Below, in pieces: positions 27,246-40,100 of a stretch of DNA of 64,000 bases (positions are counted from its first letter, which is position 1; each line of letters opens with the position of its first letter). The DNA is from Tubiluchus corallicola (lineage: Eukaryota; Animalia; Priapulida): positions 124,001-188,000 of the forward strand of contig JAQGDQ010000303.1 in NCBI GenBank assembly GCA_030141605.1, read 5' to 3'. The position numbers and the translations under genes are program-made. The notes under the pieces are model-generated. The model searched no databases, was not told where the DNA came from, and saw only the letters and a list, made by a program, of their open reading frames with translations.

Positions 27246-27992
27246 ATGGACGGAGACATACCTCCTATTATCAGTGTCCCTCAAGCTAATGTTTGTGTCT
27301 CCTCAAAACCAAGAGTGCCACTGCCAAATGTTTCTACGTGTGTCGCTGGACCATTACTCACCCTCAACCCAGGACGTCAGCTAGAGTACCGAAGAACCGA
27401 TCCCTCGCAAGAAGCTGTAGAAATTTTGAATCTGTACAATACAACTGATAAGTTTGTGGCGTATAAAATAAAGACCAACTCATATGACAAATTCCGGGTC
27501 AGTGGAGGCACAGGTAGAATTGGTCCATACGAAACGGGGCAAATTACCATAACTGTGTTCCCCTACGTTCAACTCTCACCCAAGGATAAATTTGTCGTTA
27601 TGTCAATGGCAGTCGGAGGGAATGTACAGACGCCGGTCCAACTAGCAGCGGCATGGGAAGTGGAAGGAGCAAATATCCACAAAAACAAGATCTTCTGTCA
27701 TATGCATCCACCAAATGGAGAAAAACATTATATAGCAACATTCAGGCTACCCAATGGTAACAGTCTAAAGGTGAACACTACAATTCTCAATCCAGATAAA
27801 AGAAGGATTGTGATGGCATATACAATGTTGATATTTGTGACAATTCTCGTGATGAGTGTTTGTTTAAAAGCCTTTTTCTCTCTACAGTGTAGGGTTGGCA
27901 ATTATCATTTGACACGACAGTTTCCATTTTTAGAATGTGGTATGTCGAGCTATAACATGCCATATGTTTACATGCCACCAATGCCAATATGA
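27246..27992 (+). CDS. MSP (major sperm protein)-domain protein with C-terminal transmembrane helix, MOSPD2-like but lacking CRAL-TRIO; single coding exon
   Basis: 248-aa ORF; LTLNP...LNLYNTTDKFVAYKIKTNSYDKFRV...KDKFVVMSM resembles the VAP/MOSPD MSP fold signature (FKVKTT...K/RF); hydrophobic IVMAYTMLIFVTILVMSVCL after KRR; splice acceptor (tttgcag) 8 nt before the ATG. Confidence 0.8.
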   Translation: MDGDIPPIISVPQANVCVSSKPRVPLPNVSTCVAGPLLTLNPGRQLEYRRTDPSQEAVEILNLYNTTDKFVAYKIKTNSYDKFRVSGGTGRIGPYETGQITITVFPYVQLSPKDKFVVMSMAVGGNVQTPVQLAAAWEVEGANIHKNKIFCHMHPPNGEKHYIATFRLPNGNSLKVNTTILNPDKRRIVMAYTMLIFVTILVMSVCLKAFFSLQCRVGNYHLTRQFPFLECGMSSYNMPYVYMPPMPI

Positions 27993-28481
27993 ATTTCCAA
28001 TTTACAGCAACTAATACGTTATCTGAATTTGTATTGATAATTTTTGAAAAACTAAAAAAGTTTTTTGCACATTTGTGGTCTAAATTACTGTAATAATTTC
28101 TGTTATTGGGAACTCTGATTACAAACTGCAAAATACTCCAATGAAACACATTAGCAGTCACTGAGACATTAAAAAGTCTTTAATTATTTGCGATAAGTAT
28201 AGAAATGACACTGCAAGCAACTCTATAGTTGTCAGTCGAGCAACTATGACAACAGCAACAGCACCTCTTATGGAAATCGTAAAATTTGAATTCGTTCAAA
28301 AACTTCACAGTTTTATAGTCATAATAGATAGACAAAAATAAGAAAAATCTAGCACTTATCTATAAACATCTGCTATTAAATAATAACACTAATAACATTT
28401 TATAAAAAAGCATTAACTTCTGTTACACAAAATAAGTTACATAATTACGTAACGCTACTAGACAGTGATGTAATTAATTAT

Positions 28482-31400
28482 TTAGTATGTGGCTCCCCTC
28501 GTGTATGTCTTTCCAAGTTTTTCAAATAGTGGTATTGGCGGCACAACTGGCTGAAATCGCTGAAAATAAGAAGAAACACTGCGTACTTTTAGAAACCTTG
28601 ATTAACTCAAGCCTTTGAGAACCAAAAGATGCACATATAAGTTAAATGATGTACATGTTGTGTTATGTGCATACAGAAACTCATTGGGCTATGTGATCTG
28701 ATGCATGATAACAAGACATCTGAATTAGTTACAACCATGATCCGTGTTATTGGATAGTTAATTGACATTCATCTTTTGAGAACATTAATTCATTTGTAAC
28801 ATGCTTGCTTTGCATCCTGAGAGGACATGGATTCAATTCTTTGCAGATTTGCTCTAGAAAGATTGAAATTATTTTAAAAGGTGGAGAGCTGTAGACCCTA
28901 GGTGATATACTGATTACAAATTAAAACACACCAGTAAAAGTTGTTGTTGAATTAAAACTAAATAAACTAACCTCAGTGGCCACTATCTTGTTTGGTTCTG
29001 GAGGGTCGCGGAAATGTTTTGATCCATGAGGTATATCGCCAAATTTTGAAGTTGTGTGAAGACAAGATATGTAAGCTAAAGGTGTCCTCCTGCGCACGGG
29101 CTGGAACCTAAAAAAATACCAGCCTCAGGTAATAATTGAAATTACTAATACTTTTACATGAACAATGTTCTTAAAGGAAAAAATAATGGTCGTCCTTGCC
29201 AAGATAATAAAATAATTCGATATCAAGCTCTACCGGCATTCGCAGCAGTAATGCAAGAGCTACATGAAACAAAAAGAAACTGCAATGTAAATCAATCAAA
29301 ATTTCTGTATTCACAAAGCTAGGTTACAATTTTACTTGCATTTTGGAACAAGGTAATTTTATAAGGTTACCTTATAAAGAGATAAGCAGTACATACGTTT
29401 TTTCAGATACTTGGTGGAGCCAATCGAGTCGTTTTTGTGTTTTAATGGCATCTTCTTCTGTAGTGAAAGATGTTGCAACTCTAATTGTAGGTTCTAATGG
29501 TTTGAAGCGTTGATAATAAACTTTTTCTGGTATTTCAAAAGGTCCCTAAGTAAAACAAAATAATAAGTAAATACAAGTCCATGATGTCCGTAATTTTATA
29601 TAGGTTAAAGGAATGATGCAATTGTAATTGCAAATTCCTTTTTGTAAATGTTTGGTAAATAATTGAGTCATCTGCAATGTTGTCTGCAAGACCAGACCAA
29701 CTTATTTAATAGATCAGCTAACACTAGGAAACTGCTAAATTGCTTGTAGGCATTTTCAATTGCCTCACTGGCCCAAAGGCTCCAGCCACATGACTCAGTA
29801 AGGCAGGGCATGTATATAATCAGATTGCAGCTAAAACACCACTGCCAGTTCACAGTCTTATAGGTGTCAGTGTATAACCACTGACATCTGATATAAAAGT
29901 TTGTAAAACAATTTTGTGGTTGTGCTTTGATGTATCAAAATTATGCATGATTACAGAACTGGCAGTCACCTGCCATTTGGAGCAGCTCTTCGTGATAAAC
30001 CCTCTTTCTCAAAGTAATGGGTGCATAGTTACAACACTGCTCCAGTTCGGTCAAAACCATTTAACATTAGTAGTAGCCACTAAGCGGTTTGATCTGGACT
30101 TCCAGAGTGCCAGTCTATATGAACAATATCAGTCTATAAAATTAGTTTAAGTACTAGCCATACTTCCAATCAAAAACATGCTGTAAAATCAAAGATTCTC
30201 AGGTGTAGTAAGCGAGTCACCTTTGCTGACGTCAAGTGCTTAAACTTACACAGTCCGTGATCTAGAAACTAATCATGTTCCATTCAGTAGGAATGGTAGT
30301 TTCATAGTGTCAGGAAAGTAAAACGTAAGAAAAACTTACCTGCGGCTTAGTAGCAAGGACAGGTGGCAGAGGACGATTTTGCTTGCAAATATCTACATAA
30401 AAGGGTGAGTCAGGTGCGATACATTGGGGTGACTCAGGTGTGATATGTTGTCCTGTCTGTCGCCATTCATGAGCTAGTTTAGGGGTGAGAGACCGCATTA
30501 AATCTTCCCTTTTTCTTTCATCCCTGGATAATCGTAAACAATATTCATAAAAATTTCATATGCATGTGTACAGCCACATATAAAGCTTACTATGTACCTG
30601 AGGCATTCCAGCAGAAAAATGCAGTTGTCCCCAAAAGTTGTATAGACACCATTGTCTGTACATGAAAAAATAGATATTTTGTTGAGAATGTTGACAAGTA
30701 TTGCGCAAATGTCAGCACATCATTGGAAAATTTCCCACTGAAAATGGCTTTAAACAAATTCAATTCTACCAGCATTTGGAGTCTAGTGGTTAGTTTATTC
30801 TTATTCTGCCACACTTCATTCTATTTCTTACAATTTTAGGTGCCCTGGTTACAACTGAGTCAAAGCCAATTCATCCTTAGGTGAAAGTAAGGAAGAAAAA
30901 AGATACACCGTGCTTCAGAAATATACATACACGGGATGTATAACGAATATAAATAGATGAATATAATACCACAACTAGAGCTTCAGTACCTTCACACACT
31001 TGAAAATTCATAGACCAAACGAAAGGTCTAAACTTAATGTCATCTCTCGATGATTTGTTTTTTTAAATATTGCTAAAGGAAGAAAATAACAAGTGAAAAC
31101 CCCCACTTTTGGGCACTTCTCTGCTACTTATTTTCACCAAACTTATAGTCCTAAGTTTGAAAAAAATGGAAAATGCCTGTTATAACTTGATAAAGGTTGG
31201 AGAGTCCATTCGACTATTTATATTATGTAGGTAATTTAGATATCTTGTTTAATTATAATATTTTAAAAAATATTACTTACGGCAATAGAGATGTCTTCAG
31301 AACACCAGGAATGATTGTAGTGCTCAAAAGGAAATGTTCTTTCATGGCTCGTGATTCTTTCAACTCTTGAATTTCCTTCTCTATCATTAGTCTGGTTTGT

Positions 31401-34400
31401 TCCATTTTGTTGGACCAATATTCGTTTACAGATTGCCTGCAATAATAGTTCAAAGGAAAAATGCAAAATGTATAATCGGAATAGCTGGAAGAAAATGGTC
31501 GTGATTTAACTAGGAAGGATTTAACTAGAAATCATGTTCAGTGTCAGCAACTCATGTAGAATTGTATTATAGGCCTGAATTTGAGGTCCAAATCCCCCTC
31601 AAACAGGTTTACACATAACTATATGAGTTAAAAATCTGATTTTACAGACTAAATTTAAGATTAAATTTCTAGAAATATAAAAAGCCCTAGCAAAATAACA
31701 TTAACTGGTAGTTACTGTCAGTACAGTAGACGTTGACATGACAACATATAATTTTGAGTGTGCAAGTTATAACAACAATATTACTTACTTTACATTTTCA
31801 TTTTGGATTTGAAGATTGTCAAGATAGCGCTTTCTAAAGTAGAAGTTGAGAATGTACTTGCGACAATACCAACCACGCCACACCTTCTGAATCTACAAGA
31901 TAGTCAAAATGCACAAGAACAAAATAAGAAAAGCATTTTAGATATTGTTTATTTAGTAATCCTCATATAATCCTCAGTAATAGAAATAACAATCTAAGGT
32001 GGATTACAATAACTTAACAAAACAAACCATGTCAAAAGTCTACATTAAAACACCCACTTCGGTACATGAGTGCGAGCCAGAATACCATCATTCAATGGCA
32101 GAACCTACTCAACATGAATTTGTCATGAGATTAGAGCCTTGCTCATTAAAAGGGAAGTTAAGGACATTATTAAGGCTATCCCCTTAAAATAAGCCACTGA
32201 ATTGGCTGGCATCCAATCATGTTCGGATATATGTACATGCATCCTCCCTCTACAAGATAAACAACTAAGATCAGCATGATGAATGAAACTGCCGCAAAAC
32301 TGGTTTCTGGCTGTTAGTTACAAAAAACTCAGCTAAGAGCATTTATTTGGCATACCAATGTGGCCAGTTTATTATAATGATTAATCTCCATCTGCCTGAC
32401 CAGTGCACGGAGATGTAAGCGATACTTGGCTCTTCCTAGATAGCCTCGCCATCGCCTTTGTATTGTTATTGCATTCTGATTCAAATACCTAAGCAGAAAA
32501 ACAAACAAATAGTAGATCTATTGTGTCAGAAATCTCAGGGGTATGCTACATGGCTACAGCAGCATTGTAGAGAATATCATGAAAGCAATAAATATTTTAA
32601 AAGATTACTAAAGTTAAACTGGCTGTTTGTTAAATTGATCACTCTTACCCAGGCAGCACACAATATTGTCACCATATGGTCACGATCTGGTCATGAAGAT
32701 AATAAAAATATGTTCAGAAAATATTGTCACCATGTTGGTGCAGTACTGATATTCGTGTTCAATAATAGTACAGTACTGGGCCAATATTGTCGTGCAATAT
32801 TGGAAATACAGTAAGCGCCGCTTAATAGACTCACTTTGGGACTGACGTGTTTTGACTCAATTAACCAAATGAACCTATTAACCGATGGGTGTAGTATTAC
32901 TGGTATAGAAGTATGAGTCATCAGCTTATTATGCATTGCAAAGATTTTTAATCAATTTTAGAAACGAAGTAATGCCTAAATGCTTTTGTGCAGTTAAAAA
33001 TTAGAAAATATATTTTAAAATATTAATTTATATAAGTGAATTAACAATAAATTAAAAAGTATACTTCTCTGTTTATTTGCAAAAAGTACAAAAATTCTTT
33101 CAAAGTCGGCTGCTTCATTTTCTCGCGAATAAGTTGGCACACAAAGTTCTCGTAATTATAAACACAAATCTGTTGCTATGTGATGCACATAAAACATTTA
33201 GCACCTGGCGTGCTTGAGCTGCAGTCGGTGGTGCTCTTGTTTCCTCGCAAGTGGTTTCATTATCCTCTTTCGGTTCTTCTTGACTCCTCCTTGCAATGGT
33301 GATGGTTTCGTCATCGGTTATTTGCGATGTGGCCAGAATGGCCAAATCAATTTCCACCCAGGTCTGAAACTCACTGCTGCTCATACCATTTGGAGCAGAT
33401 GGTGACAGGCTTTTCTCTTGCAATGTAGTGGGAATTGAATAACAAGTGATTCAAGCATGACTAAAACAGTTCTGAATTGTCTGCTGACTTACATTGTTCT
33501 ATGACATAGCCAGTAAATATAGTGTGTTCAGGAGGCTGGTTTACTGGCCAGGTCATTTGCAGTTAATTGATCAGCAGTATCGTCCGAATCTATTGCTTCT
33601 AACACTCTCGTCCACATTTTTCTTCTATAGTATGCCTTCAGTGTTCGAATAATGGCTTGATCACAGGGTTGAATAAGTGATGCGGTGTTTGCAGGCAAAA
33701 ACGCAACTTTAATGTGTTTCAATGATACGTTGATTACATGGGCAGTGCAGTTGTCTACCAGTAAAATGATGTTATGGTTTAAGTTCGCATGCCATTTCAC
33801 TAAACATTCATTAAACAATACCACTGTCATCCAAGCGTTCAAGTTTGCATGGTAAGTACCGGGGATTCTTGCTTTTTCCAATCACCAGCAGTTTTTCCTT
33901 CTTTCCTGACATGCTTACACAGCATAGCGCTGTCACACATTCTTTTGAAATCTTACATCCTTTTGCATTCTCATTCCCAAATAAGTAGGTGTGCTCAGGC
34001 AAAGCTTTAAAATAAAATTCAGTTTCATCCACATTGTAAATGTTGGGTGAATATCCTGCAATAATTTTTGGCCATTCTTCCATCCAATTTTGAGCAGCTG
34101 GAACATCAGCATCCTTTTCCTCACCATGGATACATTTGTACATGATGTTTTCACGCTTTCTCTATCACTGAAACCACCCCTCTGTTGCAACAAATTTTTC
34201 CATTCCTATCTTCTGCTTTCTGATGCATTAAAGGAGCGTTCACTTGAGCATCTTTTTCTTGTGCGTTTGTAAATCACACTTTTAATGCTGACTCCACTTT
34301 ACAGTCTTTTCCTGTGCATCACCTCTTAGATGTTAGATTCTCATTTTGGTCTGCCGACAGCTCAATTTCAAATCGTTTTTTCAGCACTTTTTCCGAGAGT

Positions 34401-36626
34401 ACTTTAGGAAATTTTCACCTGCGCTGCTGCACACCTCTGTCTCATCTTTGGAAGTTATCGTACTGCACTAAAATTTTCGGTTTCTCCTTAACTGTTAGTT
34501 CTTTACGATTATCCTCCATTTTTCAAACTTCTTAACTCTATGCTCTTATTTGCTGTATGATGTTTACTCTTGTAAGTCACAAGGAATACTGGCTGATTAC
34601 CGTACCTGCATCTTTGACTGTTAACTCATTAAGCCTGGAAGTGTGATTTGCAGTGACAGCATCAAAAGGAAACTGCTAGGTAAGTGATTAAACGTCTAGC
34701 TTCGGGAAATTCTTTGGGTACGAGGTTAATTGCAGTGGGTGAGCGCATAACAGATTCAAAGCAAAACTGCTACGCTAGCGTATTAGCAAATGATAAACGG
34801 TACTTATCATGATTGTTTCTACACAAATAGTGGACAAAAGGGAAGTAAAATGACATAAAAGTAGGAAAGACTCTTTGGGCACATACAAATGTCTTATTTT
34901 AAGTACATGAAGGAAAAATATTGAGTCAATTATGTGGAGTTATCTGAGTCAATTACCGATAGTTTTATGTATATTTGTGTAAAAGCGGCCCATTCTAGGT
35001 ATTTTAGAGTCAATTAAGCGATTGAATCTATTAAGTGGGTCTATTAAGTGGCGCCTACATGGTTTACACATATTGTTAAAAAATAAGTTCACATTTCCAT
35101 GTTGTCCAAGTATTTGCAAAAATGTTGCCTCAACATTAGTACAGTATTGTCGTGCTAGCTGGGTACAACATTATATATCATAGCTCCTGTGATTCTTGCC
35201 AATTAAGAATATCATGCATATTAATTTATTCTTGTACAATTATTGCAAGTAATTTTAAATAACTTCTAAGCATACCAAGAATAAAAAAAGTCTCAAAATA
35301 TATACTACATAGATATACAGAAGACTTCGGTAACGTCAAGTTTTACGTCAGCTACCTGTCCAACCTAAAAGCAAAGCTTGCCTCCAGTCAATATAGATAG
35401 GTAGTGAAAATTTACAATCACAATTTAACATTTCATTCCAAATTATTCAACATTAAATAAATGGTATCTTTCTAAAACATGACAGAAAATCTGACTTTTA
35501 CTAGTTCTGTGCAAGCTTCTCAATTCCTTAATCTCTCATCTATATTTTCTTTCTGTCTTTGGTTTCAGCCAATTCCAATTATCTGAGTTATAATTCCAGA
35601 CCTGAGATAGACTCGTACACGGAGTCCTCTAAACCAACTCTGTATTCGAACCGCTGCTTTGTACTCTTCACTGCGGCATGCATTGATTTCGCTGAAATAT
35701 ATCACTGAAATTAATACTTGTTCAATTTTAAATGAATGATTAGAATCAACTAAACAACAAAGTTTAGTAATGTATAAATTACATCTAATAATACTAAATG
35801 ATATTAGTCCACACTATTTTATAAGATATCTGCTCTATAACTGTGGCTACTCAACTTACACTTCAAAAATATTTTGTGATAGACACATAAGAAGCACTTG
35901 TTAATTAAGGAATGACAATTGACAATAAAATCTTCTAGATACTTTTTAGGTTATATTGTATTTTGTATACAAGATCTTTTGAATGTTAGCTTGAAATTTG
36001 TGGAGTATTTTTACATGCAACACATTTGAACAGAAGACAGAACAAGAGAAGTTTTGAGAAACACTAGTTCTTTGAAAACCTTTATTTTCGATACTGTTCC
36101 CAAAGTAAAAACAATATCATGAAAGTGAAAATTGAAGTACAATGATACCACATAACATTCAGAAGCACAAAACTCTGCAAATTTTAAGTTTAAAAATTTA
36201 AATTTCCAGTTTACTGCTGTGCTCACACATGAACTCTCGAACATGTGCAGTACATCACAACTGAACTACATCTGCAGTAAGAGGTACAATGCCTGTTTTT
36301 TAGTCTGTTCCGAGATGTAGGCATTTGTGCCCAACTAACTAGCGAAAGGTAAAATGTATGTGAAGATGAAGAGCTAGCTGTGCAAAAGCAAAATTAAGTT
36401 TCTTCACGTCGTTCTTTAAAAAATTAGTATGTACCCTTTCATTACTTTCATTATTCTACAGGGTAGATTGTTTTGAGCTATATATCATTTTAGGTTGGGT
36501 CTGTTTTCCTTTAAAAAGTGACAATTCTCATAATTATGTAAGCATACAAATTACTTGCCTGTTAACTACTCACTTTGTTGTATTGTAAATTTGTGAAACT
36601 ATTTCCTCCACTAGATTCTCGTGCAT
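28482..36626 (-). CDS. SPATA17: Spermatogenesis-associated protein 17 (IQ-motif protein), complete, 360 aa
   Basis: 9 phase-consistent coding exons: 36574-36626, 35602-35691, 32356-32488, 31789-31892, 31281-31436, 30340-30523, 29397-29545, 28972-29107, 28482-28559. Three IQ motifs (IQSWFRG, IQRRWRG, IQKVWRG), HFLLSTTIIPG, QGPFEIPEKVYYQRFKPLEPTIRVA and FQPVVPPIPLFEKLGKTY align with recalled vertebrate SPATA17 motifs. Confidence 0.92.
32646..35165. mobile_element. Older small TIR element (TA-CCCAG..CAGCAC / GTGCTAGCTGGG-TA) interrupted by the Tigger insertion
   Basis: Inverted termini at 32648 and 35163 with TA flanks; AATATTG/TATTGTCGTGC subrepeats on both sides of the Tigger. Confidence 0.5.
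32809..35061 (-). mobile_element. Tigger/pogo-family DNA transposon with frameshifted transposase (about 34518 to 33115), in SPATA17 intron
   Basis: Fragments MEDNRKELTVKEK (psq-type HTH), IHGE, IYNVDETEFYFKALP, KLLVIGKSKNPR, NAWMT, ILLVDNCTAH, FLPANTASLIQPCDQAIIRTLKAYYRR (DDE_1) split across frames; termini CAGTAAGCGCCGCTTAATAGAC and GTCTATTAAGTGGCGCCTAC are inverted; left end preceded by TA. Confidence 0.9.
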
Positions 36627-36912
36627 TGTTCATAGGCTGGAACAAACATACAATAAACTTGCAGCAAGTTTCCACTCTTCTTGCAGCATTCTAATTTATA
36701 GAACATATGGCAATCCTGAAAAAGATTAAATTAAAAACAATTATTATTAATTATTTTTAAATTAGATCTTTGTTAGTTGGTGAATTTATTCTTTATACAA
36801 ATTTAAGAATAATGTACGGCATTTTATGAAAACACTATGAAAAACTACAAAAAAGTAAAACACTTAATGACAATGCAGTACTCCATTAACTTCTCTATTA
36901 ACATTAGTCTTT

Positions 36913-37166
36913 ACACCAGATGGTGTAGTCTAGTGGTAATGCATCTGCTTTCCATCTGGAAAGTTGTGAGTTTGATACTGCGGCTAGGTCATACCGAAGA
37001 TTTTAAAAATGGTACCTGCTGTTCCTCTGCCTGGCAGGGTAATAACAGTCTCTGTTATGTAGGTGTATATTTGTTATTTACAGTTGGCAAAAAGGCTCTT
37101 TGAGCCTATGTTAGCTGCTAACCAAAAAGCTGACTTTAAATAAAGGTTATTGTTATTATTATTATA

Positions 37167-37200
<34 letters not shown>
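36913..37200 (+). mobile_element. tRNA-derived SINE with a Meta-domain-like core and (TTA)n tail
   Basis: A-box-like TGGTGTAGTCTAGTGG, B-box-like GTTTGATAC, core GGTCATACCGAAGATTTTAAAAATGGTACC, long TTA tail 37147-37200; second copy at 12944-13169. Confidence 0.75.
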
Positions 37201-37202
<2 letters not shown>

Positions 37203-37359
37203 TTTAATTATGACCAGACGGTATAGTGTAGGGACCACTTGCAATTTAGATGGTTCACTGTTTGTTGCGCATAATGTCTGGAAACTCGAAAATGAAAATA
37301 TTTCGGTAAAACGACCATGCAATCTTCATTCGTCTTCGAGACTCTGACACCAACTTTTA

Positions 37360-38070
37360 AAAAATTTATTTTTATTAGATATGATGTAAATCGTTGTTTC
37401 CATTACATCAGTGTGCAGCGGTACACTGGCTCCTTGCCCAAAAAAATAAGGACCTAGATGGTAACTATCTATAAATGGAAATGGTCCTCTCTCACAAGCC
37501 TTTTGAAACTGTCAACTGTTGAAGCACTGATGGTTGATGAAGAAAGATGGTTCAGAGCTTAAACTACGTGATGCCCAAAGAACTTGGTTCTAGCTGGTTG
37601 GACAAATAACTGAGACTCATGAACACAAAGAACTCTGTGAGGCCTGGAAAAAAGTCTGCTTCAGTCAGAACAGTATTTCCACTTATTATTTTGACGCAAT
37701 TCACAAGGTCTACATTCTTACACCTTTACTCAAGAGTAGAAATTGAAGAGGGATCCAAATCAATAGCAAGACGAGTACATCTATCCTGAGTTCTTTTGAG
37801 AGCATTCTTGAGAGTAGTACTGAGGTGACCATACTTCCGACGCATATTCTAGAATGGGTCAAACAACAGCTTTATACTGAAAGGAAAAATACTGCTGCAT
37901 TTTTCGATATCACAAACCGCTTAATCATGCCAATACAACGGTTTGCTTTTGCAATGATATAACTCACATAGGAATTCCATTTGAGGTCATTAGAAATCAT
38001 TACTCCTAAGTCTCTGATATAACTTTTTTCAGCTATTTGAGCATTATTTAGAAAAGGTGTAATAGATTTA
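37360..38070 (-). mobile_element. 5'-truncated CR1/L2-clade LINE, degenerate RT C-terminus and 3' tail
   Basis: Minus strand translates IRDLGVMISNDLKWNSYVSYIIAKANRCIGMIKR...PILEYASEVWSP, typical of CR1-group ORF2 ends, with stops/frameshifts. Confidence 0.8.
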
Positions 38071-38610
38071 GGGCATATTCTTCGACTTGTCCCAGACTAA
38101 GTGTGCAAGAGCAGAAATACTTTCTTCTGGCGGTCATTCCCAATTCCCCTTACGAATGTTACCCTTCCGCTTAAAAGATTTTCTATGTAAAGTGCTGAGA
38201 AGCATAGGATGCATCTTTGACTTTATATTGGAGCACTAGTTTCAGCGATATTTTGCATTTGGGCTATCTGGGAAAGTGTTAAAAAAGAACCACCTAAACT
38301 GCAAACTACCCTAGTCTTTTTTCTACCCTAGTACAAAAAAGTTTTTCTACTTACACACAGCTTTGTTATTGCACGACCCCTTAGAAATTAATATCATATT
38401 AAAACAGTAGGCTCCTAGACCTGCCAAATCATCACAACATTTCCCTCGCGACGCATGTACAAATGCTATTAGTAACTATAGTAACAGCCATGCATTGGCG
38501 CAAAATTATTCGCTGATTGTAAAGAATAAAACCGTGGCAACCATAGATATATCTTTTAATTGTGTGGTTTGTACGACGATGGCATAGATTATTTGGTACC
38601 ACCTGTGGAA

Positions 38611-39664
38611 TTCTACGAAAGCGTATTAGGGCCATGATATCCGATTACAAAAAAATCTGGTTATAACCAGATTTTATAACCAAGACCGTGGAGATAATAA
38701 AAAAGAGAACCAAACACTCTCTCTGAGACCTCCGCTTCGAGAGTGTTTTTGTAGGTGGTGTTCGGTCAAGTTTTACGAAAAAGAACGGGCAAAAAATTGC
38801 CCATTTTGACACCCCATGTCCGCCTTCTCCATAAAGTTTTGTGGAAATCTGCTAAGTTGTTTTTGCGTAATAGCTATAACACACAAAAACAAACAAACAA
38901 ACAAAGTATGTTGACGCATAACTTCTTTGGCAGAGGTAAAAATAACTAAAATAATTTTCTCCCACAAAAACCCACACCCTTTAATTCTTTTTTTTTACTA
39001 AATATGCCATTTCTCTGTGCCATTTTACTGTATCATTTTTATCTATGCCATTTTTACCTATATTCAGCGAGGGAACAAAAGCTGCCACCAAGTACACAAG
39101 TACAAATTGAATAATGGCAAATAAACCAAATCGACTTTTTTCAGAGCCACCAAAATACATGTATGCGCGCACAATTTCCAAATTCACTATTTTGCTTTAC
39201 TTTGACTACTTTTTATATAGGTATAGTTCGATTAATGAATAGTATCTATGTGATAAAAAATTGAGCTATTTTTTCCAAATTGACTTTTTATAGGCAATCT
39301 GTTAGAAGTGGGGATTGTTATATAGCACATAATCAAAAAGGCTCTGTTGTTCTCTTGGGCTGATTACCCCGCGCAAATAAGTGTTTAAATTTTTTCGTCC
39401 GCTCATAAAAAATGCTGGTTATAACCAAATTTTTTGCCATCTGATTATAAAAAAATCTGGTTATAATTATTTTTTGCCGTCCAGTTATAAAAAAATCTGA
39501 TTGTAACTATTTTTTGCCATCTGGTTATAAAAATAATCTGGTTGTAACTAAATTTTTTTGCCATCCGGTTATAAGAAATCTGGTTATAACCATTTTTTTT
39601 CCACTCGATTGTAATTGCAAAACAATTTAATTCACTACAATGGCCCTAATATGCTTTCGTAGGA
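38611..39664. mobile_element. Non-autonomous element with 25-bp inverted termini, internal ~40-bp tandem repeats and a nested HINE/DINE-1-like segment
   Basis: TTCTACGAAAGCGTATTAGGGCCAT (38611-38635) versus ATGGCCCTAATATGCTTTCGTAGGA (39640-39664); repeats of TTTTTTGCCATCCGGTTATAAAAAAATCTGGTTATAAC at ~39410-39600; (CAAA)n plus CATAACTTCTTTGGCAGAGGTAA at ~38885-38940. Confidence 0.6.
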
Positions 39665-39814
39665 TATCACCCATAGATTTCAATACACCGAGTGCGCTCT
39701 GCTCAGACAAATCTATGGACCACCCTCAATTATGTTACCAAAGTATTAAGTTTTTGCTCTTTCTGAATTGCACTGGGACGAATGGTCGCATAAACAGTAG
39801 CATCAAACTTGTTT

Positions 39815-40100
39815 TTTTAATTCGAATTCAATCCGGATTAAAAAATTATTGATTCGAATTTATTCACCACTGAAAGTTTTTTACTGCGATTGCTGTGCAC
39901 ACATTTAAACGCATTTTAGTGTTTTTGCTGCATAGCAAAAGCAAGTAAATGCATGATATCTGCGATACTGCTTTTTACGAATGATTCCAAAATTTATTCT
40001 AAAAACTTTAAATGAATTCGAATTTAACTCGAATTCGACAATGCCAAAATTCGTTCTCATTCGAGTTCGAAAATCACAAATTCGATTCGATTTGAATTAA
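39815..40100. repeat. Degenerate element rich in ATTCGAATT motifs
   Basis: Clustered attcgaattc/ttcgattcg motifs at both ends. Confidence 0.45.

Noticed and set aside
32058-32104. Extra SPATA17 exon
   Set aside because: Would break frame; the neighbouring exons already join in phase and match the homolog
33115-34518. Domesticated TIGD-like gene
   Set aside because: Multiple frameshifts and retained TIRs indicate a decaying transposon
36915-36990. tRNA gene
   Set aside because: Degenerate boxes, no convincing cloverleaf, and continues into a SINE core and TTA tail
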